From Macrostomum lignano (Eukaryota), in contig NIVC01000570.1 in the NCBI GenBank assembly GCA_002269645.1, positions 434,001 through 498,000 of the forward strand: DNA of 64,000 nt, in the 5' to 3' direction. Made by a program: the position numbers and the translations under genes. The notes beneath the pieces are model-generated. The model saw nothing but the letters and a program-made list of their open reading frames with translations. It was not told where the DNA came from and did not search any database. How positions within the stretch are numbered: position 1 is the stretch's first letter; each line of letters begins with the position of its first letter. Positions 16,930-29,900 of the stretch are shown one piece after another.

Positions 16930-17451
16930 GTAATGACGTCATTAACTGATGTATTTAAACAGGCTGTTAGAGCAGTCTTATTGAAAATTTGAAGCATTCT
17001 TGTGTTTTTAAATGTTGCTTTTTCTATATTATTAATCGAAAAACAATGCTTTTATAAGAGCACTTTTATTACGGCTTCGGAATCACCATAACCAAAATAA
17101 AGATGTACGAGTACAGTATTGAAATTCCATTAAATTTTCTGCCTTAGAGAAGAATTTTTGCAACTGTTATAAACTGGCGCAGAGTGAAACAAAATGAAGC
17201 CAGGCTATTTGGTAATATTGAAATCTCTTCAGCGATGTGAACTATACGGCTGCGAGCGATTAGTTTACTTCGGGGGTGCTGTTTCACTGCACTGTTTTGT
17301 TAAACGATATTGTAACAAAAAATAAAGCAGACACCAAAAAGTGGTCTGCTACTCGTCAAATTTAATTGCAAGTGCAACTTTAGTCACAGACCTCTTGATC
17401 ATGAAGACACCGCATGACCTCTGGTGCAAGTCTGCTTTATATTCAATGTGA

Positions 17452-18545
<1,094 letters not shown>

Positions 18546-18550
18546 ACAGG

Positions 18551-18716
18551 CGCAAAAGTACTTCGACAAGTTGGACTTCTTGAATCGCAGCTAGAGTCCA
18601 AAGGCAGTGTGGGTTGGCAGCTAATAAAAGGGAAATTGCGGAAGACCGGCAGCGGCAGTAAAAAGAGCCACAAAATGCCATCAGAAGAACAAGCCGATGG
18701 GCTGCTGGCACGGAAG
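18551..18716 (+). CDS. Possible internal exon of an unidentified gene
   Basis: AG acceptor right after the GACA array, an open frame ([31 protein letters not shown]...) and a GTGAAG donor. Partner exons were not established. Confidence 0.25.
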
Positions 18717-19994
18717 GGTGAAGAGGAAATGAAATGGACTTTTTCTGGTCAGAAGTTTTTTAATTTACTTTGGCGCACCTACAACCTACGTGCTTGGTCA
18801 GTTTTGGCCAAAGTTTCTTCCCAACAGCGACCTCCAACATGCAATTTAGCTTGTACGAGCGTAGGAACATAACAGTCAGATCAGTCTGATGCTAGCAAAA
18901 GCTACCAGCTGACGAGCTGACGAGCAGACGAAAGATTCCAGTGGCTTGTCGTGCGATTCCCGCATGTGACGGCCAACCCCTCTAAGGCACAGGTTGTGTG
19001 TCAAATGCCTGACGATGAGACGATGCATCCGTTTGGCGTGCTAAGTGCGCGGCATAGCAACGTAAACGTGATGGGAACTAAAAGCTGAATGAACTGCACT
19101 AGCATTTTCTCTGCACTAGCATCAGTACCTATACGAGTAGTACCATAGGTACGAGCTAGTTCCTGCATGCGGAAAACTCGATCAAGGACTACTACCGCGT
19201 GACTTTTTGGATTCGTGCATTTTACTATAGTTCGTTTCCATCACCTGTACACCATTGGCCAGAGGTCCTTTCCACCAGTCTCTTGCTGAGAGCAGAAATG
19301 ATGCCGCTCAGATACAGCAGGAATTTGGTTACCCCAGGATAAGGACTTAAGCCATACTCAAGCGATCAACGCAATGCAAAGCAGGCTTGCTCTCTAATTT
19401 TAGTACTCTCAAGTCACTGCCAGAGGAGAGCTTTCTCTAGTCAGTCTACCTTCTGATAACGAAACTCTTTGGTGCAAGGCATACAATAACTATGCTCTGC
19501 TCATTGCTCTTATGCTCAAGAAGTGCAGGTGGTCTCTAATTAGTCACTTCTTTAAATAGAATATGCGATGCGTAACTGCATACAAGTAAATATCGATATA
19601 GTCAGTCCCACTCGCTGAACTGTAGAAAATTCAAAGTCAAAAGTCAGCTCGAATTCTCGTCAACTTGTTATTTTAAAAAAATAATGCTATTTCTCCTAGT
19701 TTTTCATTTTGGCTATGAAAGGCGCACAGACTTTGTTCAGTATGGAAATGTTTTATTTTTACACAGTGGAGCGGCTTTTGTTTTAAAAACAAAGCTAAAG
19801 AGAATAAAAACATATATGAGAACCCATTAGAGAGGTGAAAAAATATTGAATTTTCGAGCTTAACGGATAGTAGTTTAACTTTGCATCCTTTGCGAGCTAA
19901 TGCGAAGACGCACACTACGGGTTGTACATAAGGAGCCTAAGATTGGTATGTAAACATCGCTAAAATAACACACAGAGAGGGAGAGAGCTGGTCG

Positions 19995-20588
19995 TCAGGA
20001 GTTAATCGAGAAGCAGCCGTTAGTGCAGGCGTGAATCACTCGCACGCTGATGTCCAAATCGCTGACTGACATCTGGCGAGACTGGCTGATCACCGGTGGC
20101 CGGCTCTCCGGCGAACTGCTACGCTCCGGCAACGTGGCCTGTCGAGCTTCGGCTATGGACATTGGCGGGCCGTCGCCAGCCGCAGTCGGGTAGGTCACTC
20201 GCCTGCCAGGCTGAAAGGGCATCAGCGGCTGCTGCTGAGACCTGACTACTGAGTGCCTACGATTTCGATGCTCGGCAAAGTAGCCAACCCGCCAGCCCGT
20301 GTCCTGCCGGTAGAAGATCAGCTTGTTGCGCTGCTCGCAGATTTCCACCCGAGCAGCGGCCTGCTGTCTAGAAGTTTTGGTATCAGCTGGTTGTGTCACA
20401 TCTGCGGCATCAGAGGAGTCGGACGAAGCCGATGAAGCTGTCGAACTGTCCGGAGTCTTCAATATCGACCGTTGAAGCGAAGACTTGGGCGGTCGTTGAT
20501 GATTACCAGCAGCTGTCATCTTTAGTTGAGAAGAAGTGCTAAAAACTGCTCTGCCTATGGCTCTGTGTCGTGCGGGGGTGAGCGGCAA
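19995..20588 (-). CDS. Single-exon Ser/Arg/Pro-rich hypothetical protein (197-aa ORF; first ATG at about 20517)
   Basis: Non-repetitive, GC-rich ORF in an AT-rich context. It contains RSILK and RVEICEQRNKLIFY. Confidence 0.5.
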   Translation of the reverse strand: MPLTPARHRAIGRAVFSTSSQLKMTAAGNHQRPPKSSLQRSILKTPDSSTASSASSDSSDAADVTQPADTKTSRQQAAARVEICEQRNKLIFYRQDTGWRVGYFAEHRNRRHSVVRSQQQPLMPFQPGRRVTYPTAAGDGPPMSIAEARQATLPERSSSPESRPPVISQSRQMSVSDLDISVRVIHACTNGCFSINS

Positions 20589-22339
20589 TTTATTAGCGAC
20601 CGTCTAGGGCTAGGGAGGGGGGAGGGGCTTGTGTGCCACGAGTGAAGCCCGGTCTCAACAAGTGCTTCACTTGTGACTCTCGCGGGTGCGCTCGGGCATC
20701 GTTCTCTCTAACACTCCCCCACCCAACCTTAAGCGATAGCTGCAACAGAAGTTTGACTGATTGCGACGCCATGCTTCACGCGGTCACCGCGTGTTCCGCT
20801 TTTCTCTACCCCAAACCCCTCCGATTGCTTTGGATACGAGCTAGATAAGACCTGGAAGAATTTCTTCTTACCACCGCCCGCGCTAAAGCTTTGCTTTGAA
20901 CGATATTGCACTGACCTAATCTAGTCCGGGCTGCGTAGCTTCGAATGTCGGAGAAAGTCGGGCTTGACAAAAAACTGAATAGCACAGAGATACGAGTACA
21001 GCACTCTCGTACAGCACTTTCGCTTTTGCTACGGGCGCACTGACTTGCGGGCTGGCTAGCGAGCTGGCGTTGTCTCCGAACAAAAAACCTCGGTAACCTG
21101 CTTATAAAAGCTAGCTACACAGTTTTTGTAACCTTTAAATTTCGTTCTGCCTTATCACCGAGATTGCTGCACTTTGTACGAGCGATGTTTAGTCATTCAC
21201 TGGCGGGGTCACTCGCTCAATGGCACTGGCGTTCGAATGAGCATTAACTGCCTGTTATTTGCACGGAATTGGAGTTGATAGTTCAGGACTGTGCGAGTAT
21301 GGGAGTAGCACACTAATAATGACTACTTATCTAAAACAGATCTTGGGTTATACTCGTAAGACCGTTCAATGCTTTGAATTGAAAAATATATTTCTAAAAT
21401 GGTTTGAAACTTTATAACACTTGAAATATACTACTAGAATCCATCACAATTATAGTAGTTATAGTGTGCGTGCGCACCCTGGCGCACTTTAAGCTAAATT
21501 TTCACACACCCAGAGGCATTACAGTCCATTAATTTTCCACCTGAGACCCGGAGGGATAATGCACAGGCTGTAGAATATCGAAATAGTTTTATATCAAAAA
21601 ATGCCAAAGCTTCACGACGTTACAACCTTCTCTCAAATTGTTCAGTTTTATGAGTTAAACGGGTATCATTCATTGTCCCTCGAGTCGCTTAATGTATGTT
21701 GTTAATACCATGGCATACCCACAATTTACATACACTGTACAAGTCTGGCGCGTGCAAGCTATTGGAAAGCATACAATAAGGCAAAGTACATACCTAATCG
21801 GTAGCAGTCAAACGTCCTGCTCTCGCTGTACAAAGGATTAAAACAAATCGACCTGTTCCGTTTTAAGAAATTTCTCGACCGCAGCGAGCATAGAAACGCC
21901 CAGATCCTAACTGCATCGCTGAAGGCTTGTTCACGACCGCCATCATACGAGTCCAATCTTCATGAAGATCCATTAGTCGGCCCACTTCGTACTTATACTA
22001 AGATCCGAACCAGCTTGTACCATTTTATACAGTTACAAAGCAGAACATTAAACAGAAGCTGATTCTACACCTACGTTAGGCAAAAACGTAGGTGTGGAAC
22101 CTCGCTCGTACATTCTCGCTTTGGAATTCAATTCTTATCAACGAAAAAATCATAATCAAAAGCTGTAAAGCCTCGTTTGAAGCGGTTTTACTGAACCAAC
22201 CGTGGGAAGTTGTCACTCTTCAGTGTAAGAAATCAAGCAGAATATATCAATAAAAATATGCTGCAGTCTACTTCTTCCTTACTTGACGTAAAACAGGACG
22301 ACAGGCCTGTCAGATAAAAAAACAAGAAGCAAGAAAACA

Positions 22340-23167
22340 ATGCAACGCAGTAGCTGCAATAAAATTGTCGCAACCGCTCTATTCCTAGCAATATGCTGCC
22401 TGCAGGTCGCCTCATCGCTGCAGGATTGCGCCGGAGCGTGCGAGCAAACGTGGGACCCGGTCTGCGGCACTGACGACAGGACGTACCCAAATAGATGCGC
22501 TGCCAAGTGCTCGGGAACTGACGTGTCTCACGATGGACAGTGCAAGAACTTGATGAACTCGGGCGCTTTCGCCTGTACCGACAGCTGCGAGCAGAAGTGG
22601 GATCAAGTCTGCGGTAGCAACGGAAGGACCTACGCCAACAAGTGCATCGCGAAGTGCGCCGGCGTATCTGTCAAGCACACTGGGCGCTGCAGGACCTTCA
22701 TGAGCACCGCTGCTTTCGCCTGTACCGACAGCTGCGAGCAGAAGTGGGATCCAGTCTGCGGCAGTGACGGCAGGACCTACGCAAATAAATGCATTGCTAA
22801 ATGCGCTGGAGTTAGCGTGGTACACAATGGACGCTGCAAGACCTTCATGACCGGCGCTGCTTTTGCCTGTACCGACAAATGTGAGCAGAAGTGGGACCCA
22901 GTCTGCGGTAGCAACGGAAGGACCTACGCCAACAAGTGCATCGCCAAGTGCGCCGGCGTATCTGTTAAGCACACTGGACGCTGCAGGACCTTCTCAAGCG
23001 GCGCATTTGAGTCGGCGATTCCAACGAGCGGAGATAGCTACAGGCCGAAGTACTGCAGCGGAGAATACGACCCAGTCTGCGGCGTGGATAATCGCACCTA
23101 CGCCAACGCTTGCCTGGCCCAGCTGGCAAATGTTGCTGTGAAACACGCTGGACCATGCATGAAGTAA
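22340..23167 (+). CDS. Secreted multidomain Kazal-type serine protease inhibitor (5 domains, 275 aa, intronless)
   Basis: N-terminal signal peptide ([17 protein letters not shown]). Four C-x3-C-x7-C-x10-C-x3-C-x10-C domains ([14 protein letters not shown]) plus a four-Cys fifth domain. AATAAA at 23249-23254. Confidence 0.95.
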   Translation: MQRSSCNKIVATALFLAICCLQVASSLQDCAGACEQTWDPVCGTDDRTYPNRCAAKCSGTDVSHDGQCKNLMNSGAFACTDSCEQKWDQVCGSNGRTYANKCIAKCAGVSVKHTGRCRTFMSTAAFACTDSCEQKWDPVCGSDGRTYANKCIAKCAGVSVVHNGRCKTFMTGAAFACTDKCEQKWDPVCGSNGRTYANKCIAKCAGVSVKHTGRCRTFSSGAFESAIPTSGDSYRPKYCSGEYDPVCGVDNRTYANACLAQLANVAVKHAGPCMK

Positions 23168-23329
23168 TTATCAATTGATGCTTTTCAAGCACTGAACCAT
23201 CGTTGTGCTCTAGAAACAGGTTTAGCAACGGAATAAGATCTTAACTAAAATAAATGCAAACTTGGAAATAGCATTAATCCCCGTGTTGCTTTTATTCTTT
23301 AGTTTTCTTGCCGCTACAGATATCTGTAA

Positions 23330-24458
23330 AATCCGTAGAGGGATTCTGCCACCAATACTAGTAGATAACATCTGTAGGGCGATTCTGCCACCAATACTAG
23401 TAGATAACATCGGTAGGGGGATTCTGCCACCAATACTAGTAGACAACATCCGTAGAGGGATTCTGCCACCAATAGATAACTAATAGATAACATCCGTAGA
23501 GGGATTATGCCACCAATACTAGTAGATAACATCCGTAGAGGGATTATGCCACCAATACTATTAGATAACATCTGTAGGGGGATTCTGCCACCAATACTAG
23601 TAGATAACATCCGTAGAGGGATTCTGCCACCAATACTAGTAGATAACATCCGTAGAGGGATTCTGCCACCAATACTAGTAGATAACATCCGTAGAGGGAT
23701 TCTGCCACCAATACTAGTAGATAACATCCGTAGAGGGATTCTGCCACCAATACTAGTAGATAACATCTGTAGGGGGATTCTGCCACCAATACTAGTAGAT
23801 AACATCCGTAGGGGGATTCTGCCACCAATACTAGTAGATAACATCCGTAGAGGGATTCTGCCACCAATACTAGTAGATAACATCTGTAGGGGATTCTGCC
23901 ACCAATACTAGTAGATAACATCTGTAGGGGGATTCTGCCACCAATACTAGTAGATAACATCCGTAGGGCGATTCTGCCACCAATACTAGTAGATAACATC
24001 TGTAGGGGGATTCTGCCACCAATACTAGTAGATAACATCTGTAGGGGATTCTGCCACCAATACTAGTAGATAACATCTGTAGGGGATTCTGCCACCAATA
24101 CTAGTAGATAACATCTGTAGGGGATTCTGCCACCAATACTAGTAGATAACATCTGTAGAGGGATTCTGCCACCAATACTAGTAGATAACATCTGTAGAGG
24201 GATTCTGCCACCAATACTAGTAGATAACATCTGTAGGGGGATTCTGCCACCAATACTAGTAGATAACATCTGTAGAGGGATTCTGCCACCAATACTAGTA
24301 GATAACATCTGTAGGGGGATTCTGCCACCAATACTAGTAGATAACATCTGTAGAGGGATTCTGCCACCAATACTAGTAGATAACATCTGTAGGGGATTCT
24401 GCCACCAATACTAGTAGATAACATCTGTAGGGGGATTCTGCCACCAATACTAGTAGAT
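23330..24458. repeat. 38-39 bp minisatellite (ATTCTGCCACCAATACTAGTAGATAACATCCGTAGAGGG)
   Basis: Direct, about 29 copies. Confidence 0.97.
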
Positions 24459-25212
24459 ATGTAAAACCCCATCGAAATGAGTTAACTAGATTGAGTAAGA
24501 TGATTTTTAATTGGACAAGATAATTGCACAGGTGCATATACATTTAGACTGAGATTATGGTTTCCAAACGATACGTTCATTAAACAGATAGAATAGTTCG
24601 CGTACAAATTACATCGCTTAATAAATTGGGTAGACAAAAATTACACACTGAGGCAGCAGCAGAATTAAATATCAGTATCCTTATACTCGGATATAAGCAA
24701 TGATAATTTTAATAGTGATAGAATAATTCAAAAAGCTAAGTGACAGCGCAGCAATAGGCGTTAACAGGCCGGCTAGCAACACACGTACTGGTCGGAACGA
24801 GCACAGAAGAGAAGCATTGCACAAATCAAAAGGTAAAAAGCACAAAAACGCTACTCACGAAAACACCACAAAAGAATTGATAAAACTTCCAGGTGTACAA
24901 CTTTGTAAAATTGCTACCGTAAGTATGGAAATCCATAATAAAATTTGTAAAAAACCAACTGCTTTGCAATAGAGACAATTCTGTTTAACGAATTTGGACG
25001 CGTATTCAAAACAGATATTTCAGCACTGGCTTTAAATAGAAAAGAGACAGAGCTGGCACTGGGACAGACAACAATGTTGTTATTTTAAATCTCAATTTCA
25101 AAATTTCAATAAGTTTGTTTTTCATATAAAAGCTTAGCCATTCACTTAAAAATAACCGAAAAATTTAGTACGGAAGAATAACGCTATGCAAAATAAACTG
25201 TCGTTTTGTTCT

Positions 25213-25645
25213 AACTGTCAGTTTGTTATAATTGACTGTCAGTTTGTTATAATTGACTGTCAGTTTGTTATAATTGACTGTCAGTTTGTTATAATTGACT
25301 GTCAGTTTGTTATAATTGACTGTCGGTTTGTTATAATTGACTGTCGGTTTGTTATAATTGACTGTCAGTTTGTTATAATTGACTGTCAGTTTGTTATAAT
25401 TGACTGTCAGTTTGTTATAATTGACTGTCAGTTTGTTATAATTGACTCTCATTTTCTTTTAATTGACTGTCATTATGTTATAATTGACTGTCATTTTGTT
25501 CTAAGTGACTGTCATTTTGTTATAATTGACTGTCATTTTGTTATATGGACTGTCATTTTATTATAATTGACTGTCATTTTGTTATAATTGACTGTCATAT
25601 TGTTATAATTGACTGTCACTTTGTTAATTGACTGTCACTTTCTTT
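25213..25645. repeat. 21 bp minisatellite (GTCAGTTTGTTATAATTGACT)
   Basis: Direct. Confidence 0.96.
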
Positions 25646-26916
25646 TAATTCAGTTAAGACAAAACAACTAAAATGTTAGCTAAAAAGGAAATTAATAATA
25701 ACTTGACTAGAATAAGATCAGCATGACAGCTCTCCAGCACGTCAAGCTAACAGATAGATAAAAATTAATAATTTCGATTAGAATAAAAAATAGCGACCCG
25801 ATTTTAGGACAGCTAACTAATAAGTGGGAAGGTTGGCGCATGCAATCTGTAGACTGAGAGAATCACATTGAAGTTAAATAAACAGATTAAAACCTTATAT
25901 GAAGCTAAATTGTAATAGTGCAATTGACAAGGAAATATCTGCAGACTGTTAATAATTCTCTAGCATATTTGGACATGACTGTGTACAAATGGCAGGAGGT
26001 AAGACCAAGAATGGATACAAAGTGTACAAAACAACAATGATAAAGCATGTACTGTTGATAAACAATGAACAGCAATAAAAAGACTTACATACTTTTTGTA
26101 CACACCAAGACGAGGTGAAAATGCTGTGTAAAATTTAGTAAAAGTATACAATATAACCTTAATATGCAGAATAAATTTTGTTTCAAGTGACCCACCAGAC
26201 TGTCATAATAACTAGATAAGTAACTCAACGGGGGGCCATGTGTCTCACAGACTTCCACTAGCAAGCTAGTAAATTTAAAGTAGATGTGTTTTAAACTAAA
26301 CAGCGAAGCACGCGACTTGATTTCTTATCAGCGCAGTGATAATGTACATTTGTCAGCGAATGGCGCGATCATGTACATAGCTCACAGCTAGATAGATAAT
26401 ATCAACCAATCACGTGACTCACTTTTATTACCAGTTCAGCAGTAATGTACATCTTTAATTAATGTACATCTTATGTCAGCGAGCGGAACGACATTGTACA
26501 TAGCGTGAGGAGAGGCAATAAACACAAGTCGCAAGATACTACTGAGTTTATAAACTGAAAATATATTATCGCACATGGCCTGAGTGGCTTATCCAGTTAT
26601 ATATGCTCGTACTCGTACTTGCTCGTACTCTCAGCGACATCGAAAAATGAACACAAACAATTTATCCCGTATTAATCAGTTATTTACTTGTTTGGACTCT
26701 GCATCAACGACTGTGACAAAAAAGTCGCAAGTTGAAGTTTTTCATGCACTGAAAAGTTGAGAAGTGTTTTACCCAAAGCCATTGGTAATTGGTAATTTAG
26801 AGTATTTTGGCTATCCACTGTTCAATGTTGCTGAGAGGATAAACAAGCATCCGTACGCCGGATTCAATAGCCGGCGCGAGGCAGTAAAACAGAAGCACAG
26901 CTCTTCTATCTAATAG

Positions 26917-29900
26917 CTAATCCGGCTTGTAAGCCAGCAGCCAATCAGCATCCTCCGAGTCGGTTGGCCGGCCGGCCGATTCCAGCAGGTCCGGCCCGCT
27001 AGTGGCCGAGAACTGCAGCTCGATTGGAGCGGCCAAGCCGACTCCGGATTCGACTGGCTGCTCCGGCTGGCACGCGGCGGCGACTTCGGATTCGCCGACC
27101 GCGCCGGGGGCGGCAGCGGCCGAAGACGACGAGGAAGAGGCGAGAAACCAGCGGGTGCGCCGGGCCAGCCGCTCCAGCTGGCGACGCCGAACGGAGTTGA
27201 ATCGACTCGACGGAGTTCGCCTGTGCAACTGGGGCTGCTGCTGGTCGGATTCGACAGTGTCCGGCTGCAAGTCCACAGGTGGGACGTCGAGCAGATGCTC
27301 GGGCAGCAAGTGGACGCCTTCGCTGGTCTGGTCAGGTGTGTGTTGGTGGTTTCGGTTTAAACTCGAGATTCGGAGAAGATCCATTGGGACCTGAGGATCC
27401 ATTGGGACCTGAGGATCCATTGGGACCTGAGGATCCATTGGGACCTGAGGATCCATTGGGACCTGAGGATCCATTGGGACCTGAGGATCCATTGGGACCT
27501 GAGGATCCATTGGGACCTGAGGATCCATTGGGACCTGAGGATCCATTGGGACCTGAGGATCCATTGGGACCTGAGGATCCATTGGGACCTGAGGATCCAT
27601 TGGGACCTGAGGATCCATTGGGACCTGAGGATCCATTGGGACCTGAGGATCCATTGGGACCTGAGGATCCATTGGGACCTGAGGATCCATTGGGACCTGA
27701 GGATCCATTGGGACCTGAGGATCCATTGGGACCTGAGGATCCATTGGGACCTGAGGATCCATTGGGACCTGAGGATCCATTGGGACCTGAGGATCCATTG
27801 GGACCTGAGGATCCATTGGGACCTGAGGATCCATTGGGACCTGAGGATCCATTGGGACCTGAGGATCCATTAGGAACTGAGGATCCATTGGGACCTGAGG
27901 ATCCATTAGGAACTGAGGATCCATTGGGACCTGAGGATCCATTGGGACCTGAGGATCCATTGGGACCTGAGGATCCATTGGGACCTGAGGATCCATTGGG
28001 ACCTGAGGATCCATTGGGACCTGAGGATCCATTGGGACCTGAGGATCCATTGGGACCTGAGGATCCATTGGGAACTGAGGATCCATTAGGAACTGAGGAT
28101 CCATTAGGAACTGAGGATCCATTAGGAACTGAGGATCCATTAGGAACTGAGGATCCATTAGGAACTGAGGATCCATTAGGAACTGAGGATCCATTAGGAA
28201 CTGAGGATCCATTAGGAACTGAGGATCCATTAGGAACTGAGGATCCATTAGGAACTGAGGATCCATTAGGAACTGAGGATCCATTAGGAACTGAGGATCC
28301 ATTAGGAACTGAGGATCTATAGTAAATTTGTAGAGAGCTGAAAATTTTAAAGGTCTTCGATGAAGGATACCAGGGATAATACAATTATGAATTACATGAA
28401 TAGCTTCTACATTACGTATGCTGGTGAAGCTCCGCATCCGATGTTTAGTCAGTGTTCTTAACATTTAAAACTGAACCAAAAACTCAAATAAGCACACGAT
28501 CAACTAAAAACAATCAAATAATACATCCAGATACAGAATGCGCCGCCGAATTTCTTTATCAATGGTTTCAAAAATCCTCTACCACCGAGCAGCAAGCATG
28601 AACTTGACAGGTTTGACGAATTTCACCGCAGAGTGATTGACGCACTCGCACTGGAGTGGTAAAACTAATTCAAACATATTTACATACCTACTGAGCGATT
28701 GCACTTACACCTGACTATAGCTGTAATAATGCTGGAGAATTTGAGGAGAATTTGTTTGTATTAATGTCATTTCAAAAAACTTCAATGGCTTTTCCTTCGA
28801 AGGCACCACATAACTGGAAAATCGCACTGACTAGCAGTTCCTGGCCTCCAATACGAGTATCTGGGAAACCCACGATGCGTACGCAGCTGTTGGCCTCCTA
28901 TACGTGTATATGGGAACTCACTCGTCTCCAAGATATAGACCTTGGCTGCTGAACTTCATTGGGACCCTGCCGCTGCTCAGCTGCTGCAGATCCAACTTGC
29001 GCAACCCGACTATGAATGGCATCGACTGATATTTCAGGCGGCTCCATCGGAAGCAGCTGTAATCCAGTGATGTCTGACAGGGTGCTGTGAACCGACACAG
29101 CATCGGAGGAGAGCGGCGGCGACAGTTGCGGATGCCGGTGATGCCGACCTCGCGCAATCGATGAGACGGAGGCTGGCGCTGGAGACGGCTGCGGCTTGTG
29201 AGGCCGATAGTAGCGCTGATTTGGTTCGCTCATGCAGTCCACTCTAGTTGGCAGGTCTGTGAGGAGTTCGGGGTGGGGAGCAACAAGAGCATAGCGGATG
29301 GCGCTAAAATAAACAAAATAAGGGATTTTTGCGCTGTGATGTCTAACCACTAGACCACAAATAAGGGTTGTCCCAAGTTGTCCCAACACAAATAAGGGTT
29401 GTGGTTCTAGTGGTTAGAGCGTCGGATTCACAACTGAAACGTCGGGGGTTCGATTTTCGATCTTCTCGGAACAATTTGTGTCTTTAACCAAGAGACGTAA
29501 CTCTGCATTGCTTCGTTGCTTAGCTGGGGTAATTGAGGCTGTGTGTTTGGCGACCCCCCCCCCCAGTCCTTGGGTTGAACAGCTGTACGCAGCCTTCAGA
29601 TGCGCCGCGTAGTAGCAGCGGCTGAGCTGTCGGTTGCACGTCTACCCATTAGGGCAGGTGTAATTATTTATTATTTCTTTCTTTGATAGGGAAGGAACGA
29701 CTGGGAAGGAATGACTCGAAACGACGTCAGATGGTTGAGATGTCAACGCTCAACGATAAGTCGCCGAAAGTCATTCGACTTTAGACTGGAGAGTATGTAT
29801 AGACCCGCTGCAAGGGTGCAATTTGTGCGAACAAAGGCACTGTGGGGGGGGGTTTGCATCTCAAAACCATAACCCTACGAGTATCACAGCAGCGCGAAAT

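Noticed and set aside
22068-22097. 11-bp stem hairpin ACACCTACGTT...AACGTAGGTGT upstream of the Kazal gene (Helitron end?)
   Set aside because: There is no CTRR terminus nearby on either strand and no other element hallmarks; it could be chance.
23330-24458. CRISPR-like appearance of the 39-bp and other 29-54-bp arrays
   Set aside because: The units are head-to-tail with no unique spacers, there are no cas genes, and the context is eukaryotic.
26917-28464. 515-aa ATG-initiated ORF with (MDPQVP/MDPQFL)n fused in frame to the last RhoGAP exon
   Set aside because: The 18-bp unit is open in multiple frames and the variant differences are non-synonymous. A good phase-0 acceptor at 27328 explains the real exon, so the repeat is intronic.
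29394-29470. Possible tRNA-Val gene
   Set aside because: The A and B boxes are present, but the acceptor and T stems do not pair, and the sequence continues into a SINE body shared with 39248-39485.
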